A DNA stretch of 63,841 nucleotides, counting the filler, from Olpidium bornovanus S191 (taxonomy: Eukaryota > Fungi > Olpidiomycota): the NCBI GenBank assembly GCA_017911155.1. It is 36 parts of 36 records of this genome, joined end to end, with 100 filler letters (N's around TTAATTAATTAA, not from the genome) between each part and the next. Parts side by side here need not be neighbours in the genome. Positions count along the whole stretch, not along the records: positions 59,978 to 61,034 come from JAEFCI010009940.1; positions 61,135 to 62,521 come from JAEFCI010008698.1; positions 62,622 to 63,841 come from JAEFCI010007039.1; 33 more parts are not named here. One strand, written 5' to 3'. Positions 61,024 to 63,841 of this stretch are shown piece by piece. The translations under genes were made by a program, and so were the position numbers. The stretch's first letter is position 1, and every line of letters begins with the position of its first letter. The notes beneath the pieces were generated by a model. The model was given only the letters and a program-made list of their open reading frames with translations, did not search any database and was not told the DNA's origin.

Positions 61024-62979
61024 AAAAAAAAAGGNNNNNNNNNNNNNNNNNNNNNNNNNNNNNNNNNNNNNNNNNNNNTTAATTAATTAANNNNNNNNNN
61101 NNNNNNNNNNNNNNNNNNNNNNNNNNNNNNNNNNCATGGTCGCTGAGGCGCAAGTCGCGGCGGTTCGGTGCGGTTGCTTTAGGGCGTGGAAAATGGGTAT
61201 GTTCGCAGAGTTTTCAAAGTTCACGCGGTTTTGCGGCAGATTTTTCGGAGCCCGAGCACGCTTTATATACCCGCGCAGCACCTCACACTCGCAGGTTCCA
61301 CTACCCTTCGAAAAAAAACACAGCAAGTGACACCAACGAGCACAGAATGCTGCTCATCCGGCAACAAGGAGAAAAAGGCGTTCCCGAAAAAGCGACCGAC
61401 GACTGCGTGACAGCGCGGGACCGGCGCGTGAAAGAAGCGCGACGACCCGCGACTTCGTGGCGGTATTCTTTTGAGAACTCTTGCTCCCAGGGGGCCGCGA
61501 TGTCCGCACCAGAAACGCGCCCGGCGGTCCCTCCGAAGTTTCGGGACAAACGGCGACGGCGCACAAAAGTTGGGCGATTAAAAAGCAGGATTGGTGGAAG
61601 CTGGCGCCAGGGGCGACTCTTCATCAGGAACGCGTAAAGTTTCCGTGTCCGCGACGTTCCACGTTTCGGGAGCGACGACCTGCGCACTCGCGCCACATGT
61701 TTGCGTTCCAACCGCATACGACTTTCAAGATTACCAAAGAAACCTTCCATCCGGCCTAAACGAGCAAAGCTTCTCAACATAGAGCCTTAGATAGTTTTTG
61801 CCATCTCCCAACCGGAGAGGGATTGCATACGGGAAGGCTTCTGGCTGCGCTCAATGATGCCGTTCTTAGCGCAATGCGCATAATAACTGCTTTTTTTTTC
61901 TAAATAATGGAGTGCGCTCTATATTTCACCCGCTTCCATGAATAAAACGACTGTTGCGGATGTTTGCCGGCGGCCTCGAGCCCGATCGAAGAACGGACGG
62001 TCCTTCCTGCGATGTATTTTGGTAGGTTGCCCTGTTCCTCGGGATCAAGCTCCCGGGCAACAAAGCGAGGATAAGCCGCTGCTGATATCGGCCTGCAATC
62101 GGCCCGTAAGCAATCCCATCACAAGGAAAGCAACGCGGATACCGCAGGCTTTTACGTCAACATGGAATATTGGCATGGCACAAAAGAACGTAACTAATTT
62201 CTTGGATTTTTGCAAAGAATTCCCGTCGGATGCCTACCAGAAACCGCCAGAAGAGGTGTAAGTGGATGTGGAATATGGCGTGTGCGGTGGCATACTAGGA
62301 GCCCGGCCTCCCGATGCGGCCGGCATGGTAAATTTCGCGGACTGCCGCGTCGTGCGGCTTTGCTGCCCCGAGCTGCGATTGCGGTTTTGTTCTCACGAAC
62401 CATGACTGCGCGCGCTTGCACAAAAAGCAAACACGGAAGAAGTTGCGTTTCTGTTCACAAAAAGGTCTCTTTCAGGAGAGTTGGGGGGGGGTTGTCAAAG
62501 AGCAAGTCGGGATTCCACATANNNNNNNNNNNNNNNNNNNNNNNNNNNNNNNNNNNNNNNNNNNNTTAATTAATTAANNNNNNNNNNNNNNNNNNNNNNN
62601 NNNNNNNNNNNNNNNNNNNNNGGGGGGGGGCAGAGAGAGGGGGGGGGGGGGGGGGGGGGAAGGGCCGGAGAAGGGGAACCCGGGGAGAGAGGCGGGGTTG
62701 AGCGGCGCGCGCGCTCCGCACTTCCCCCGCGCCCTCGGCCCAGAAAGTCTCACCAGCCGTCGGGGTAAGGAAAATTTCCGCACGTGACTCTTTTTCGCGC
62801 GAGGCGCGCGTGCACTTTGCCCCGGGTTTCTTTTGTGCGCGCGCCGCGTCCGCCGAGAAAGTTCTTTCTCTTTTTTGGCAGGTTTTTATTTTTCTTATGT
62901 TTTTTTTTTTTTTTTTTCTTGGTCGTTCGCCCGAGGGAAATAAAATCCCCGTGTGCGTATTTTCTAAGACGAGGCTTGC

Positions 62980-63063
62980 TCAGAAAGTGGGTGGAGGGAA
63001 ATTCGGCGGCGAGTCTTCCCGCCGAGGCCACGGCGGCAGCTCCTTCGCCCGGTTGCTTATGCT

Positions 63064-63100
<37 letters not shown>

Positions 63101-63841
63101 CTGGCGGCCGGATACGGCTCGAAGCCGTCCGGTTCGGGCCGGTCGTCCGCACGTCTCCGGCCGCCAGGGTGCGCGGAGAACAGCAGCGCGTAGGCGGGGA
63201 TCTGCAGGCTCGGGTTCCGGGCGTAGCGCTGGTCGGGCCTGTGGTATAGCGGCGGGGGCAGGCTGTCGGCGGAGACGGAGCGGCGGATGGGGCGCAGGCC
63301 GACGGGAACGACGGGCGGCGCGCCGCCGCCGGGGGCGGCGGGGCCGAAGATCGCGGCGCTCTGCCGCCAATCGGATCCCCAGAAGGGCGCGGGAAACGGG
63401 CCCGGGCCGCGGTAGCGGGCGGGGACCGCGATCCCCCGCGGTTCCGCCGCCGGCAGCGCGAACGGCAGGTCCGGCGCGTAGACCGACGACGTCGCCGGCG
63501 GCGCGAACGGCAGGTCCGGCGCGTAGAGCGACGACGCCGCAGTGCGCGCGCCGACGACCAACGACAGGGCCGGCGACGCGGGGCCGTCGAAATACAGCGC
63601 GTCGCCCGGGCGCATTTCGCCGGCCGGACCGGCGTCCTCGCGCGCCTCCCAGGACTTGCCGCCGCTGGCGACGGCGAACTCGAGGTCCTCGCGGGTGATG
63701 GAGTCCCAGTACTTGTAGACCATGAGGATGGCCAGCAGGTTGAACAGCGTGCCGAAGAAGAGGCCGTCCACGTAGTGATTCGTGTGCTCGCATATCTCGG
63801 TGCCGAAAGCGAAAAGGAGGAGGCAAGAGAGGACGAAGAAA
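62980..63841 (-). CDS. CHS7: Chitin synthase export chaperone Chs7, last exon with a long C-terminal tail
   Basis: EICEHTNHYVDGLFFGTLFNLLAILMVYKYWDSITREDLEFAV..KSWE, the Chs7 C-terminal signature. Confidence 0.92.

Overview
This is eukaryotic (fungal) genomic DNA, not one contiguous locus. It consists of 36 short contigs (about 1-3.5 kb) joined by 35 identical artificial 100-bp spacers (44 N + TTAATTAATTAA + 44 N), so neighbouring contigs cannot be assumed linked. The DNA is GC-rich, with short GT-AG introns and many homopolymer and microsatellite tracts. Recognisable, mostly partial, spliced genes are: a CDK-family kinase, the TERT N-terminus, EBP2, RAB18, a degenerate IPK-family kinase, HEM25/SLC25A38, SGD1/NOM1, a ZNF474-like C2HC finger protein, a TBC1D10-like RabGAP, a SWF1-like DHHC C-terminus, a Ser/Thr kinase, PRPF38B, SPA2/GIT, ARL2, ClpP, DCAF12, PEX2, KEX1, an ACE-like M2 peptidase and CHS7. 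There are also Copia and Gypsy remnants. Fungal markers (CHS7, SPA2, KEX1) together with animal-like genes (DCAF12, PRPF38B, ZNF474-like, ACE) suggest an early-diverging, probably zoosporic fungus. The fragmented style recalls Olpidium, which is inference only. The most interesting observations are a signal-peptide-bearing, intron-containing ACE homologue, a secreted Gly/Tyr/Lys-rich peptide precursor, a probable inositol-phosphate pseudokinase, an 87-bp inverted repeat at the end of a Gypsy integrase whose internal stops are all TGA, and strong enrichment of CATG at contig ends. No rRNA or CRISPR array was seen. All family calls are from motif recognition by eye; no database search was run.
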